Part shown: positions 1-7,362 of the stretch, piece by piece
Numbering within the stretch: the stretch's first letter is position 1
How the letters are laid out: every line of letters starts with the position of its first letter
IMG/VR virus record: IMGVR_UViG_3300002098_002199
Location: 1-36,236 of that record
Reading direction: 5' to 3' (one strand)
Source of the DNA: a virus
Lineage: Duplodnaviria; Caudoviricetes
DNA: 36,236 bases
Program-made: the position numbers and the translations under genes
The notes under the pieces: model-generated
Told to the model about the DNA's origin: nothing
Databases searched by the model: none
Seen by the model: the letters and a program-made list of their open reading frames with translations, nothing else

Positions 1-534
1 ATGAAAAGCCCTGCATTACGTCTCACACTCCGCATTGCCGTCATCCTTCTGGCGCTCGGGAGCATGTACATGAGCTACCGAGCATTACGGGAAGTGGCGG
101 GGTCGGTCGGATTCGCAGCCGATAACGCGATTATCTTTCCGCTCATCCTTGACCTCGTGACCATTGTGGCCATGCTGATTGCTTTGACCAGCGAACACGG
201 GCGCAAATATGCGTGGTCAGTTATGGTCATTTTCGGGTGCTTCACGGTCACTGGTAACGCAATCCATGTGACCACAATTGACCCGTCTCTGATCGTGGTG
301 CCGTTGCCTGTCGCTATCGTCGCCAGTTCGATCCCTGCGCTCTCGCTTTTGCTAGTGACCCATCTCGCCGCCGTGTCCGTGTTTCGCCCGTCAGTGACCA
401 CCAGTGACCGCGTGGACCCGAAGCCGACCGTTCTTGAGCTCGCGGGTGAGGGTCAGTCGATTGCGCAGATCCAACGGGCCACAGGGGTTGCACGATCCAC
501 GGTGAATCGGTGGGTTACAGCGGCGCGGGGGTAA
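1..534 (+). CDS. DUF2637-like multi-pass membrane protein with C-terminal helix-turn-helix (accessory gene at prophage end)
   Basis: Four hydrophobic segments with S-Y-x-A-L-R-E-V-A, FPL-x-LD and GNAIH motifs typical of DUF2637/SpdA-like proteins; C-terminal HTH (SIAQIQRATGVARSTVNRW). Starts at the window edge, so the start cannot be verified. Confidence 0.7.
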   Translation: MKSPALRLTLRIAVILLALGSMYMSYRALREVAGSVGFAADNAIIFPLILDLVTIVAMLIALTSEHGRKYAWSVMVIFGCFTVTGNAIHVTTIDPSLIVVPLPVAIVASSIPALSLLLVTHLAAVSVFRPSVTTSDRVDPKPTVLELAGEGQSIAQIQRATGVARSTVNRWVTAARG

Positions 535-538
535 CGAC

Positions 539-573
539 AAAAAAGCCCCACCCGCTCCGAAGAGGGGTGGGGC
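539..573 (-). terminator. Intrinsic terminator downstream of the hicB-like gene (between convergent genes)
   Basis: GCCCCACCC..GGGTGGGGC stem (545-573) with A6 on + (U-tract on -). Confidence 0.75.
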
Positions 574-596
574 AATTCCGCTAGGGGGTTTATGGG

Positions 597-899
597 TTAG
601 ACGCTCACGAGTCGCAACGACTCGGAGGAAACTTCCTGCCAATCGGGAGTGCTCCCGTTGGATGCGTGGATAGCAGTCCGAATCGCGGAGTCCGCAATAG
701 CCATCGCGTCTTCAAGACGACCTGATATGCCGACGACAGAGATGGTCACCTCGCCGGTGGTCAGCGTGACATCCATGTCACTGTCAGCGACGGATTCTGA
801 TTCCAGGGCGATAAGCGCTTCCATCACCATGTCGGTGTGGGCGTCCAAATCGGCGCAGTCGTGCACGATGAAACCCTTAGTGAGCTTTACTGCGATCAT
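597..899 (-). CDS. Putative HicB-like antitoxin, acidic, 100 aa, no obvious DNA-binding domain
   Basis: ATG at 899 overlaps the upstream TGA (TGATG coupling); very acidic; beta-beta-helix pattern (VTISVVG...LEDAMAIADSAIRTAI) reminiscent of the HicB N-terminal fold. Confidence 0.5.
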   Translation of the reverse strand: MIAVKLTKGFIVHDCADLDAHTDMVMEALIALESESVADSDMDVTLTTGEVTISVVGISGRLEDAMAIADSAIRTAIHASNGSTPDWQEVSSESLRLVSV

Positions 900-1144
900 C
901 ACGATTTCCCCTTCATTGCCGAGTAGCACGCTTGGCGCTCTAGCCATTTCGTCTTGTCTGTCACGTAGTTCGGATTCGACGGCGAGAGATGGATCGTCGT
1001 CTTGTGTTGTTCGCTACAGGGACAGTATGCCTTGTAATACTTGGGCGGGTCTATGATTCGCCACAACTGAGAGTGGAACTTCATGAGGATGGCCTGCAAC
1101 TCTTTTTTAGGGTGCGTCTTCCAATAGCCAACTCTTTTCCCCAT
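899..1144 (-). CDS. Putative HicA-like toxin (mRNA interferase fold), 81 aa, basic
   Basis: HPKKELQAIL..W-x-I..YKAYCPC..TIHLSPS pattern resembles actinobacterial HicA-like proteins (helix, three strands, H-x-S/T-PS, helix); small basic gene coupled upstream of an acidic partner. Confidence 0.6.
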   Translation of the reverse strand: MGKRVGYWKTHPKKELQAILMKFHSQLWRIIDPPKYYKAYCPCSEQHKTTIHLSPSNPNYVTDKTKWLERQACYSAMKGKS

Positions 1145-1150
1145 ATCGCC

Positions 1151-1176
1151 AGACTACTTGAACAACTTTGAAAGTT
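1151..1176 (-). promoter_or_regulatory. Leaderless promoter (-10 TAGTCT) and palindromic operator candidate for the hicAB-like operon
   Basis: TAGTCT at 1151-1156 lies 6 nt before the ATG at 1144; inverted repeat AACTTT-G-AAAGTT at 1164-1176. Confidence 0.5.
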
Positions 1177-1188
1177 TCGCCAGCGACG

Positions 1189-1228
1189 AAAAAGCCCCCC
1201 GCCTGCCGGTGAAGGCAAACGGGGGGGC
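1189..1228 (-). terminator. Intrinsic terminator ending the late/lysis operon
   Basis: GCCCCCC..GGGGGGC stem with inner TGCC/GGCA pairing and A5 on + (U-tract on -). Confidence 0.75.
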
Positions 1229-1263
1229 GATTTCAGAAGTGTAGAACTAGCGCAAACGGAAGA

Positions 1264-1362
1264 CTAAAACCGAAGCTTCCGGCGCGAGACCCTTTGGCAG
1301 CTGTCGCAATTGAGTTCGTCCATGGGGTCCACGTTCACGACGTAACCATCTACGTCGTTCAC
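1264..1362 (-). CDS. 32-aa peptide MNDVDGYVVNVDPMDELNCDSCQRVSRRKLRF (not in ORF track)
   Basis: GTG start overlaps the holin stop (GTGA); acidic peptide with VDPMD-x-L-x-CDSCQ motif. Confidence 0.55.
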   Translation of the reverse strand: MNDVDGYVVNVDPMDELNCDSCQRVSRRKLRF

Positions 1363-1538
1363 TCGGATGCTGGGGTGTTCGGGACTGCGTAAACAAAACC
1401 AGTGCCAGCGATGAACGCCAGGACGATGCTGATGATTTCGACAGCATCAAGTTTGCCGTCAACGAGTGCGACGGATGCGGCAGCTAGTCCAGTGACCAGA
1501 CCGCCAACAATGGCTTTTGCGTAAGGTTTGATATTCAT
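1359..1538 (-). CDS. Holin, 59 aa, two TM segments (not in ORF track)
   Basis: MNIKPYAKAIVGGLVTGLAAASVALVDGKLDAVEIISIVLAFIAGTGFVYAVPNTPASE; SD AAGGAG, ATGA overlap; YAKA..VYAVPN motif typical of actinophage holins; downstream of the endolysin. Confidence 0.8.
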   Translation of the reverse strand: MNIKPYAKAIVGGLVTGLAAASVALVDGKLDAVEIISIVLAFIAGTGFVYAVPNTPASE

Positions 1539-1924
1539 TTGTTCTCCTTATTGGTTAGTGAATCGAGGTGTGCAGTAAGTCGTGCACGGTCTTCGCGGGC
1601 CACACGTGAATGCTCAAGGTCAGCGTCAGCAAGACGGCCGATGTCGCGTTTGATGCCCGCCAGCGCCTTGGTTTGACCGTCGAGCGTGCTCATCACCCGC
1701 TCGTGGCGTTCGTCATTCTCTTCGCGCAGATTGGTTGTGTGGGAGTTTTCGAGTTGTCCACGCGAGATCGCCGAATCCGCCGCAGCCGAACGGGCATGTG
1801 CACGGGTCTGGTTCGCCCTCACACCCAGGAACCCAAACCCGGCCACCACAATCCCGCCAATAGTGCTGACGAGTGTGATGAGGACTTGTGCACCCTCAGT
1901 GAAAGCCGGGGCCATAACATCCAC
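1535..1924 (-). CDS. DUF2746-like membrane protein of the lysis cassette
   Basis: N-terminal TM helix, ENSH-x-TNLRE motif, coiled coil; lies between endolysin and holin. Confidence 0.7.
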   Translation of the reverse strand: MDVMAPAFTEGAQVLITLVSTIGGIVVAGFGFLGVRANQTRAHARSAAADSAISRGQLENSHTTNLREENDERHERVMSTLDGQTKALAGIKRDIGRLADADLEHSRVAREDRARLTAHLDSLTNKENK

Positions 1925-1927
1925 GGG

Positions 1928-2788
1928 TTAGAGGCCCAAGTAGCCGAGCGTTTCAGCCCCCGCGATGCCGTCACGCCCAAGACCTGCACGGGTCTGAAGT
2001 TCGAGAACAACAGCCTCGGTAGCGGGGCCGTAGTCAGCATCAGGGACGAGGCGCGAGTAGAGCGGGTAGTGGGCGTTGAGAACGTCCTGCAACTGCTTGA
2101 CCGCTGCACCCTTCGAGCCACGGCGGAGGACTGCACTGGACGAGCGAGGCTTAGCGGCGGTCGCGGCGGCCTGTGCTGCGGCTTGAGCGGCGGCGGCTTG
2201 GCTCGCAGCCACATGAGCGTTGTGCGCGGTAGTAGTGATTGGCCCCCAGTCGCCGTCGCCAGTGATGTGGAGAACCTCGCGCTGATAAATGGCAATTGCG
2301 GCGCGCGTCTTCGGCCCAAGGTCACCGTCAACAACAAGCCCAGCACCGATCGCGCCGTTCAAGAAGGTTTGACGGTTTGCTACATCCTGCGAGAAAGCGG
2401 GTGAGCCGACGTTGCCCCCGCCTGTGTAGTCGAAGTGCCAGTTTTCGCGCGGGCTGAAATTCTTACCCGTCCAGGTGAAACCGAACTGCCCACCATTAGC
2501 GACAACCCAGTTGTGCTGTGCGGTCCCGGCACGGTTCGCGGGAGAGCCCACATCAACAGACAGGCCCTTTTCGTGGAGCGAGGTGCCGGGGCGGGCCGCG
2601 AGGTAGAAACCAGGGAGGCGCTGAATCCAACCGTTGTAGAGCCGTGTTTGCTCTGCTCGTGTCCGGAGTGCTGAGGTTACTGGAAGGTAAGAGCCGAACG
2701 CTTCCTTGTATGCCTCTTCAAGTCGATTCCATGCGGCTGCGGCGGTCGATTCGAGTTGCCCGCCACTGGTGATGTTTGCGTAACCCAT
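1928..2788 (-). CDS. Endolysin: M15-family Zn peptidase plus peptidoglycan-binding domains
   Basis: ARPGTSLHEKGLSVD (SxHxxGxxxD) and ENWH motifs; four DG-x-x-G-x-x-T PG_binding_1-like motifs; Ala-rich linker; SD AAGGAG. Confidence 0.9.
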   Translation of the reverse strand: MGYANITSGGQLESTAAAAWNRLEEAYKEAFGSYLPVTSALRTRAEQTRLYNGWIQRLPGFYLAARPGTSLHEKGLSVDVGSPANRAGTAQHNWVVANGGQFGFTWTGKNFSPRENWHFDYTGGGNVGSPAFSQDVANRQTFLNGAIGAGLVVDGDLGPKTRAAIAIYQREVLHITGDGDWGPITTTAHNAHVAASQAAAAQAAAQAAATAAKPRSSSAVLRRGSKGAAVKQLQDVLNAHYPLYSRLVPDADYGPATEAVVLELQTRAGLGRDGIAGAETLGYLGL

Positions 2789-2810
2789 TCTGTGCTCCTT
2801 CTGTTAAGTG

Positions 2811-2834
2811 AAAAAAGGAGCCCGTGTGGACTCC
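2811..2834 (-). terminator. Intrinsic terminator between tail and lysis genes
   Basis: GGAGTCC-ACAC-GGGCTCC followed by T6 on -. Confidence 0.7.
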
Positions 2835-2856
2835 CGTGGTTCGTGAAAATGTGTTG

Positions 2857-3642
2857 TTAGGAAAGGTCGCCCCAAAGCGTGCCAAGCCATTTCTTGGCAA
2901 TGGTCAGATCGACGTGTGCTGAACCTGTCCACCGTTTTGCTATCGCCGTGGGGAGGAACCCGCTACCGCCCCACCTGCGCCCACCAGAGGACACAAACGC
3001 TGAAACGGTCGCGTAAGGACTGGCCCCGGCAACGTTGTTGGCCAGCACCCGGAATTCGTACGTCAGCCCACCCTGCAAACTTGCGAAGGTATAACTGAGC
3101 GCGGTAGTTGATACTGCCGACGACCACGAAGAGCCACCGTTTGTGGAGTAGCTGAGCGAATACGACGAAACCGTTGCGCCGTTATTGTTCGATGGTGCAC
3201 CCCATGTCGACGCCACATTCCGCCCGGTGGCTGTTGCACCAAAACTCAGTGGAACTGTTGCCGGTTTCGGAATGCGGGTGTTGGTGAATGTTCCTGTAGC
3301 CCCACCCGAGCTGATCGCTGTCGTGCCTGTTGCGCCAATTGAACCACCAACATAGAAGTTGGTTGCATACCCGTTCGCGTCGTGCGCAATTCGTGTTGTG
3401 CCCGAAGCAATAAGAACACTGGTGGTGTACCGGAAATCGAAACCGAAGTTACCGTTGTAGGCAGTGGTCCCGATCGTCACACCCCATGCGACGTTGTTAT
3501 TGAGGTTTCGAGATGTGCCGTTGCTACAGAAGAGAGTCAACGACCAATTAGTGTCGGTGTAGTTCCCGGCTTGGCTTTGTTCGCCTTCGTTGACGGTTAG
3601 TCGGAGCGTTCCTGCGCCTAGGGCAACGTCATAATCAGCCAC
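2857..3642 (-). CDS. Minor tail protein with fibronectin type III domain
   Basis: QSQAGNYT-x-x-NW..IAHDANG N-terminal siphophage domain; FN3 signature (WGAPSNNNGA..Y..L-x-GG-x-TYEFRV-x-A-x-N-x-x-G-x-S). Confidence 0.8.
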   Translation of the reverse strand: MADYDVALGAGTLRLTVNEGEQSQAGNYTDTNWSLTLFCSNGTSRNLNNNVAWGVTIGTTAYNGNFGFDFRYTTSVLIASGTTRIAHDANGYATNFYVGGSIGATGTTAISSGGATGTFTNTRIPKPATVPLSFGATATGRNVASTWGAPSNNNGATVSSYSLSYSTNGGSSWSSAVSTTALSYTFASLQGGLTYEFRVLANNVAGASPYATVSAFVSSGGRRWGGSGFLPTAIAKRWTGSAHVDLTIAKKWLGTLWGDLS

Positions 3643-3645
3643 CGG

Positions 3646-4368
3646 TTACCAGAACCAGAGGTCGCCAACGGCGGGGGAAGTTGGTGCAGTTTCCTGCACC
3701 GAAATCTTTGCCCCGTTGACCCGGCCCACGTTCAGCAGTAGTTGTTGCGCTGCCGAAATTTGGGTGGCAACAACCGGATCGCCGGTCGAAATGACCTGCT
3801 TCCAGGTTGCCCCGTCAATCGTGGATTCGAGGATCCCCAAAGTGGTGTTGAGCCCGAAAGCGTTAGCGACCGTGGGGCGACTCGTGGTCGTCCACACGCC
3901 GACCTCTTTGCCCGAAAAGGTTCTGCGATCGGTGACGTTTCCGGCCAGAATGGTGGACGCTGTTGGCGAGACTGCGATGTTGGCGATAGGCCAGCGGTAC
4001 ACAACCGAACCACTGAGCGCGAGACTCGGAGCGGCTGCACCGGTCGCAGCAGGCACACCAGCGATAACCGCGAACTGCACGATTGGTGTCGCGCTGAAAT
4101 CAAGGTTGGCTACGAGGGTGTCAATGCGTGACAGGCCACCACCAGAACCCGCACCAATCGCGCGTGATTCGATCGCAGTCGAGTTCACCGCAATCCCATC
4201 GATGACCGCAAAGCCCGGCGCAATCTTCACCGTCAGACCGGAGGAATCCGCTGAAGGCGCGAGAGCCCCCGCGGTAACCCCACCAGTCGTGATCAGCTGG
4301 CGGAAGAAGTCACGGAATTGATCGGTAGAAATTGTGGTGCTGGGCTTGGGGTACGCCGATATGGCCAT
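3646..4368 (-). CDS. Minor tail (baseplate) protein
   Basis: GLTVKIAPG-x-A-x-IDG, RIDTLV and VTDRR motifs, C-terminal P-x-x-GDLW; position in tail module; SD AAGGAG. Confidence 0.8.
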   Translation of the reverse strand: MAISAYPKPSTTISTDQFRDFFRQLITTGGVTAGALAPSADSSGLTVKIAPGFAVIDGIAVNSTAIESRAIGAGSGGGLSRIDTLVANLDFSATPIVQFAVIAGVPAATGAAAPSLALSGSVVYRWPIANIAVSPTASTILAGNVTDRRTFSGKEVGVWTTTSRPTVANAFGLNTTLGILESTIDGATWKQVISTGDPVVATQISAAQQLLLNVGRVNGAKISVQETAPTSPAVGDLWFW

Positions 4369-4386
4369 GGAGACTCCTTTAAATAG

Positions 4387-4409
4387 AAAAAGCCCCCAGA
4401 TGTGGGAGC
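4387..4409 (-). terminator. Weak intrinsic terminator within tail module
   Basis: GCTCCCA-CATC-TGGGGGC followed by T5 on -. Confidence 0.5.
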
Positions 4410-4433
4410 AAGAGAGGGAAAGCGAAGCGGGGT

Positions 4434-4655
4434 TTACGGGGTGATGATCGCGGCAATCTCGTCAGGAGTTAGGCCAAGCTCGGCCAGCTTCTCGTGCGCA
4501 GACTCTTTCACCGCATCCACTGTTGCCTGTGCCTCCACCTCAGCCCGTTCAGCCGCCTCAGCATCAGCCGCCCACGCTTCGCGCTCAGCAAGCTCAGCCT
4601 CGGTGGGCTCGCGCCCTTCGATGGTCACCCCGTCAGCAATAAACGACATCTTCAC
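4434..4655 (-). CDS. Small acidic protein, probable tail-fibre chaperone
   Basis: RE-x-T-x-x-E..KLAELGLTPDEIAAI pattern; directly follows the fibre-like C-terminal module. Confidence 0.55.
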   Translation of the reverse strand: MKMSFIADGVTIEGREPTEAELAEREAWAADAEAAERAEVEAQATVDAVKESAHEKLAELGLTPDEIAAIITP

Positions 4656-4657
4656 TC

Positions 4658-6484
4658 CTAGTTGTTGTAGCCGTAGACGGTCACTGAGCCAGAGAAGTTT
4701 CCGCCACCGATAAGCGTGAGACCGTCAGCCTCCACACCAGAAAGGTTGAGCGTGCCCCCACCGGTCGTGGAGTTGAAACCATAGGTAGCGTTGTAGGTCA
4801 CTGCTTGCCAAGAGGCCCGCTTCCCGCGCCCCGGAACCATCGGGCCGAAAAATTCAGCAGAGAAGCCTGTTTGAGAAGTTAGATCAGCGTTAGCGGGCAG
4901 GTAGCAGAGGTAAAGAATTGTCACGGCGCGTGCGGCAACATTTGCTAATGCAACTCCGGCGCTCATCGCGGCGTAGACAATCGAGTAGTAATAATTGCTG
5001 GCGGTTATATCCGTCCCCGCCACCCGATAGCGCATGGTAATGTCCATATTCGAGGCCGCATAGGTGGGAGAAAAGATAACGCGGTAGTTGGCAAACTCAC
5101 TGCTGAATACGTTGTTTAGGCTAATGGAAGTGACGTTCGTGAAACTAACGACGGCCCCAGATCGCGACGATGAACCACCAACCGTGGAGAATGTCGGTGG
5201 GACGATCGGAACCAGCCCAGACGTTTTCACGGTTGCGTCAAACGCTTCCAACGCGGTGGTGCGTGCCGTCAACGCGGTCGGGTCAAACGCTGTCGTTGCC
5301 TCCGCGTTCTGTTCGAGTGCGGAAACTCGGGACTCCGTTTTCTGTTGACGCGCCGACAACACCGATTCCCAATCGAAACCGGTGGCATCCCCAACGACCG
5401 CGCCGACCAAAACACCAGCCGTCGAGATCGAAATGGGCACCTCAACAATTTGCGCCCGAACCTCCGTGTCATTGACCACAATCGTGACCCACGAACCCAG
5501 GAACCACGTTGAGCCGAAACCGTCAGCGAGGTCTGACGAGGGAACAACTTCAAGCGATGTGACCGTGGAACCTTCAGCCGCCAAAACCTCTAAACCGGCC
5601 TGTGTGAGCTCAGCAACCACGTCTGTGTTGCGTTGGTCAATGAAGCGCTCAATGCGCCCCCAGATCGCCTCAGAGAGCAGACTGGCGGGGGTGGTGACCT
5701 CCACAATGGTGCGTGCAGTGCCTTCGCCCTGACCTGCGACGAAAACTCTCGTGCAACCCGGAGCCGAGTAACCATACTTCGACCGGCTCAGCTGGTTGTT
5801 GGCAATATCCCAACGGACCGAAGCCGACACATCCGCCGGGGCTGTGACCTGAAACTGACGACCAGCACCAACCTGCACGACATCAAAAAGTAAGCCTGAG
5901 CCGACCGCAATCTCTTGAGTCAGCTCAAGAAGATTCTGAAACCGGGGCGACTTCGTGAGAGAAACACCACGGCCACCATCAGCCGACAACGTGAGATCAG
6001 TGAGCTTGCGTGCCGTCGAAGCAGTCGGGCCAATGTTTGCCGAAACAAACGACCGCATGAGCGCTTCACCGAGACCGGTGCGCACATCATTCGAAGCCGT
6101 CTGTGTTGCCGGGTTCGAGTTGGAGGGCTGAGGAAACGCTGTAGGTCGTGCGAGCGCCACAACATCCGACACACCCTCGATAGTCCAGATTCCGTCCGGT
6201 GCGTCCGAGGTTGCCTCCTGTGACGCAAACGTCATCGGCCCAGTCAGCACAACACCATTCGGCCCCGTCACAATCAGACCCGAACCCTGCGTGCGCAAAA
6301 CCAACCCGAGCTCATGAGGAACACGAACACCCGACTCATTCAAAACCGTGTTCGGGAGCTTGATCGACCAGGAGCCCAGATTGTTCATCCGCGGGACACA
6401 CACAAAATCTGTCAGGTCAAAATCTGAGAGTTGACCCACACGCGAAAGGCTAGAATCACGAACCTCCACGGACCATGCCAGCAT
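4658..6484 (-). CDS. Tal/baseplate hub protein (ReqiPepy6 Gp37-like) with C-terminal fibre-like module
   Basis: VEVRD..RVGQ, R-x-N-x-x-GSW, VAGQGEG-x-AR, WGRIE-x-F-x-DQR motifs; follows Dit. Confidence 0.85.
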   Translation of the reverse strand: MLAWSVEVRDSSLSRVGQLSDFDLTDFVCVPRMNNLGSWSIKLPNTVLNESGVRVPHELGLVLRTQGSGLIVTGPNGVVLTGPMTFASQEATSDAPDGIWTIEGVSDVVALARPTAFPQPSNSNPATQTASNDVRTGLGEALMRSFVSANIGPTASTARKLTDLTLSADGGRGVSLTKSPRFQNLLELTQEIAVGSGLLFDVVQVGAGRQFQVTAPADVSASVRWDIANNQLSRSKYGYSAPGCTRVFVAGQGEGTARTIVEVTTPASLLSEAIWGRIERFIDQRNTDVVAELTQAGLEVLAAEGSTVTSLEVVPSSDLADGFGSTWFLGSWVTIVVNDTEVRAQIVEVPISISTAGVLVGAVVGDATGFDWESVLSARQQKTESRVSALEQNAEATTAFDPTALTARTTALEAFDATVKTSGLVPIVPPTFSTVGGSSSRSGAVVSFTNVTSISLNNVFSSEFANYRVIFSPTYAASNMDITMRYRVAGTDITASNYYYSIVYAAMSAGVALANVAARAVTILYLCYLPANADLTSQTGFSAEFFGPMVPGRGKRASWQAVTYNATYGFNSTTGGGTLNLSGVEADGLTLIGGGNFSGSVTVYGYNN

Positions 6485-7359
6485 CAGTAGACCCCCTCGA
6501 AACGTGCCTTGTAGTTACCGGAAATTCGGGACGCAGACGTAGCACCCACCATCGTCACGTTGATGTTGTTCGCACCCGGTGGCAGCTGCGGAAACTTCGG
6601 TGCCGCACCCAGACTCGCGTAACGATTCGCCCCAGACTGATCAGTCACCGTCACACCAAGCGGACCCCGCGCAACCGTCACAACCTCCGACGAGCCAAGA
6701 GCAGCCGTGAAAACAAACCCCGCACCATTCACCAGCACAGTTGTGGAACCCGAAGACGGACCTGTGAGGATCATCGTCAAATCGGCCGGCACATCACCCA
6801 AATTCGTGACCGACACCTGACCGATCACATTCGAGGACGTGACAGGGAGACCAGCCATGTTGTCCATGAACGGGGTCCCAGCCGTATCAGCCGACACCGA
6901 AAACTGTTCCGCATCACGGGCAGACCAGAACGGGTTAGGTGCAGTAACAGCCACAGTCGCCATGAACGTTTCAGAAAGCGCACGCGAGTAATCATGCTCA
7001 AGGCCCGACTCATACACGACGGGAACCTCAAGAATTTCACCATTCGGAAACGACGCAACCAGGCGCGGCAACACCTGATTCTCACGCCACCGCAAAAGTT
7101 TACGCAAAGACCGAATCAGCTCGCCCGTATTCAGGCGGTCTGTGCCGAAAATGATGAGACCCAAATCAATGGACTTCGCCCCAACCTTGTCCCCCACATA
7201 CTGCACACCATCCGAAGATGATTCCCGAAACCTTGGGATGATCGGACCAATCCCGAAACCCTGCGTGCCGACCTGCAAACCATACTGCCCACCGCTATCG
7301 GAGTTCAGAACTATCGTTGGATACCCTGCCCGTTCGATAGTGAAATTGACATCAGCCAC
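6484..7359 (-). CDS. Distal tail protein (Dit)
   Basis: Immediately after tape measure; A-x-NPFW, N-x-GDVPA, L-x-PG-x-N motifs. Confidence 0.85.
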   Translation of the reverse strand: MADVNFTIERAGYPTIVLNSDSGGQYGLQVGTQGFGIGPIIPRFRESSSDGVQYVGDKVGAKSIDLGLIIFGTDRLNTGELIRSLRKLLRWRENQVLPRLVASFPNGEILEVPVVYESGLEHDYSRALSETFMATVAVTAPNPFWSARDAEQFSVSADTAGTPFMDNMAGLPVTSSNVIGQVSVTNLGDVPADLTMILTGPSSGSTTVLVNGAGFVFTAALGSSEVVTVARGPLGVTVTDQSGANRYASLGAAPKFPQLPPGANNINVTMVGATSASRISGNYKARFEGVY

Positions 7360-7362
7360 CGG

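Noticed and set aside
2140-2215. GCN-rich repeat in the endolysin (AAAQAAAQAAA)
   Set aside because: Ordinary low-complexity linker between peptidoglycan-binding domains.
2857-6484. Diversity-generating retroelement or invertible tail-fibre cassette
   Set aside because: No reverse transcriptase or invertase gene, and no TR/VR-like long repeat or inverted crossover sites seen by eye.
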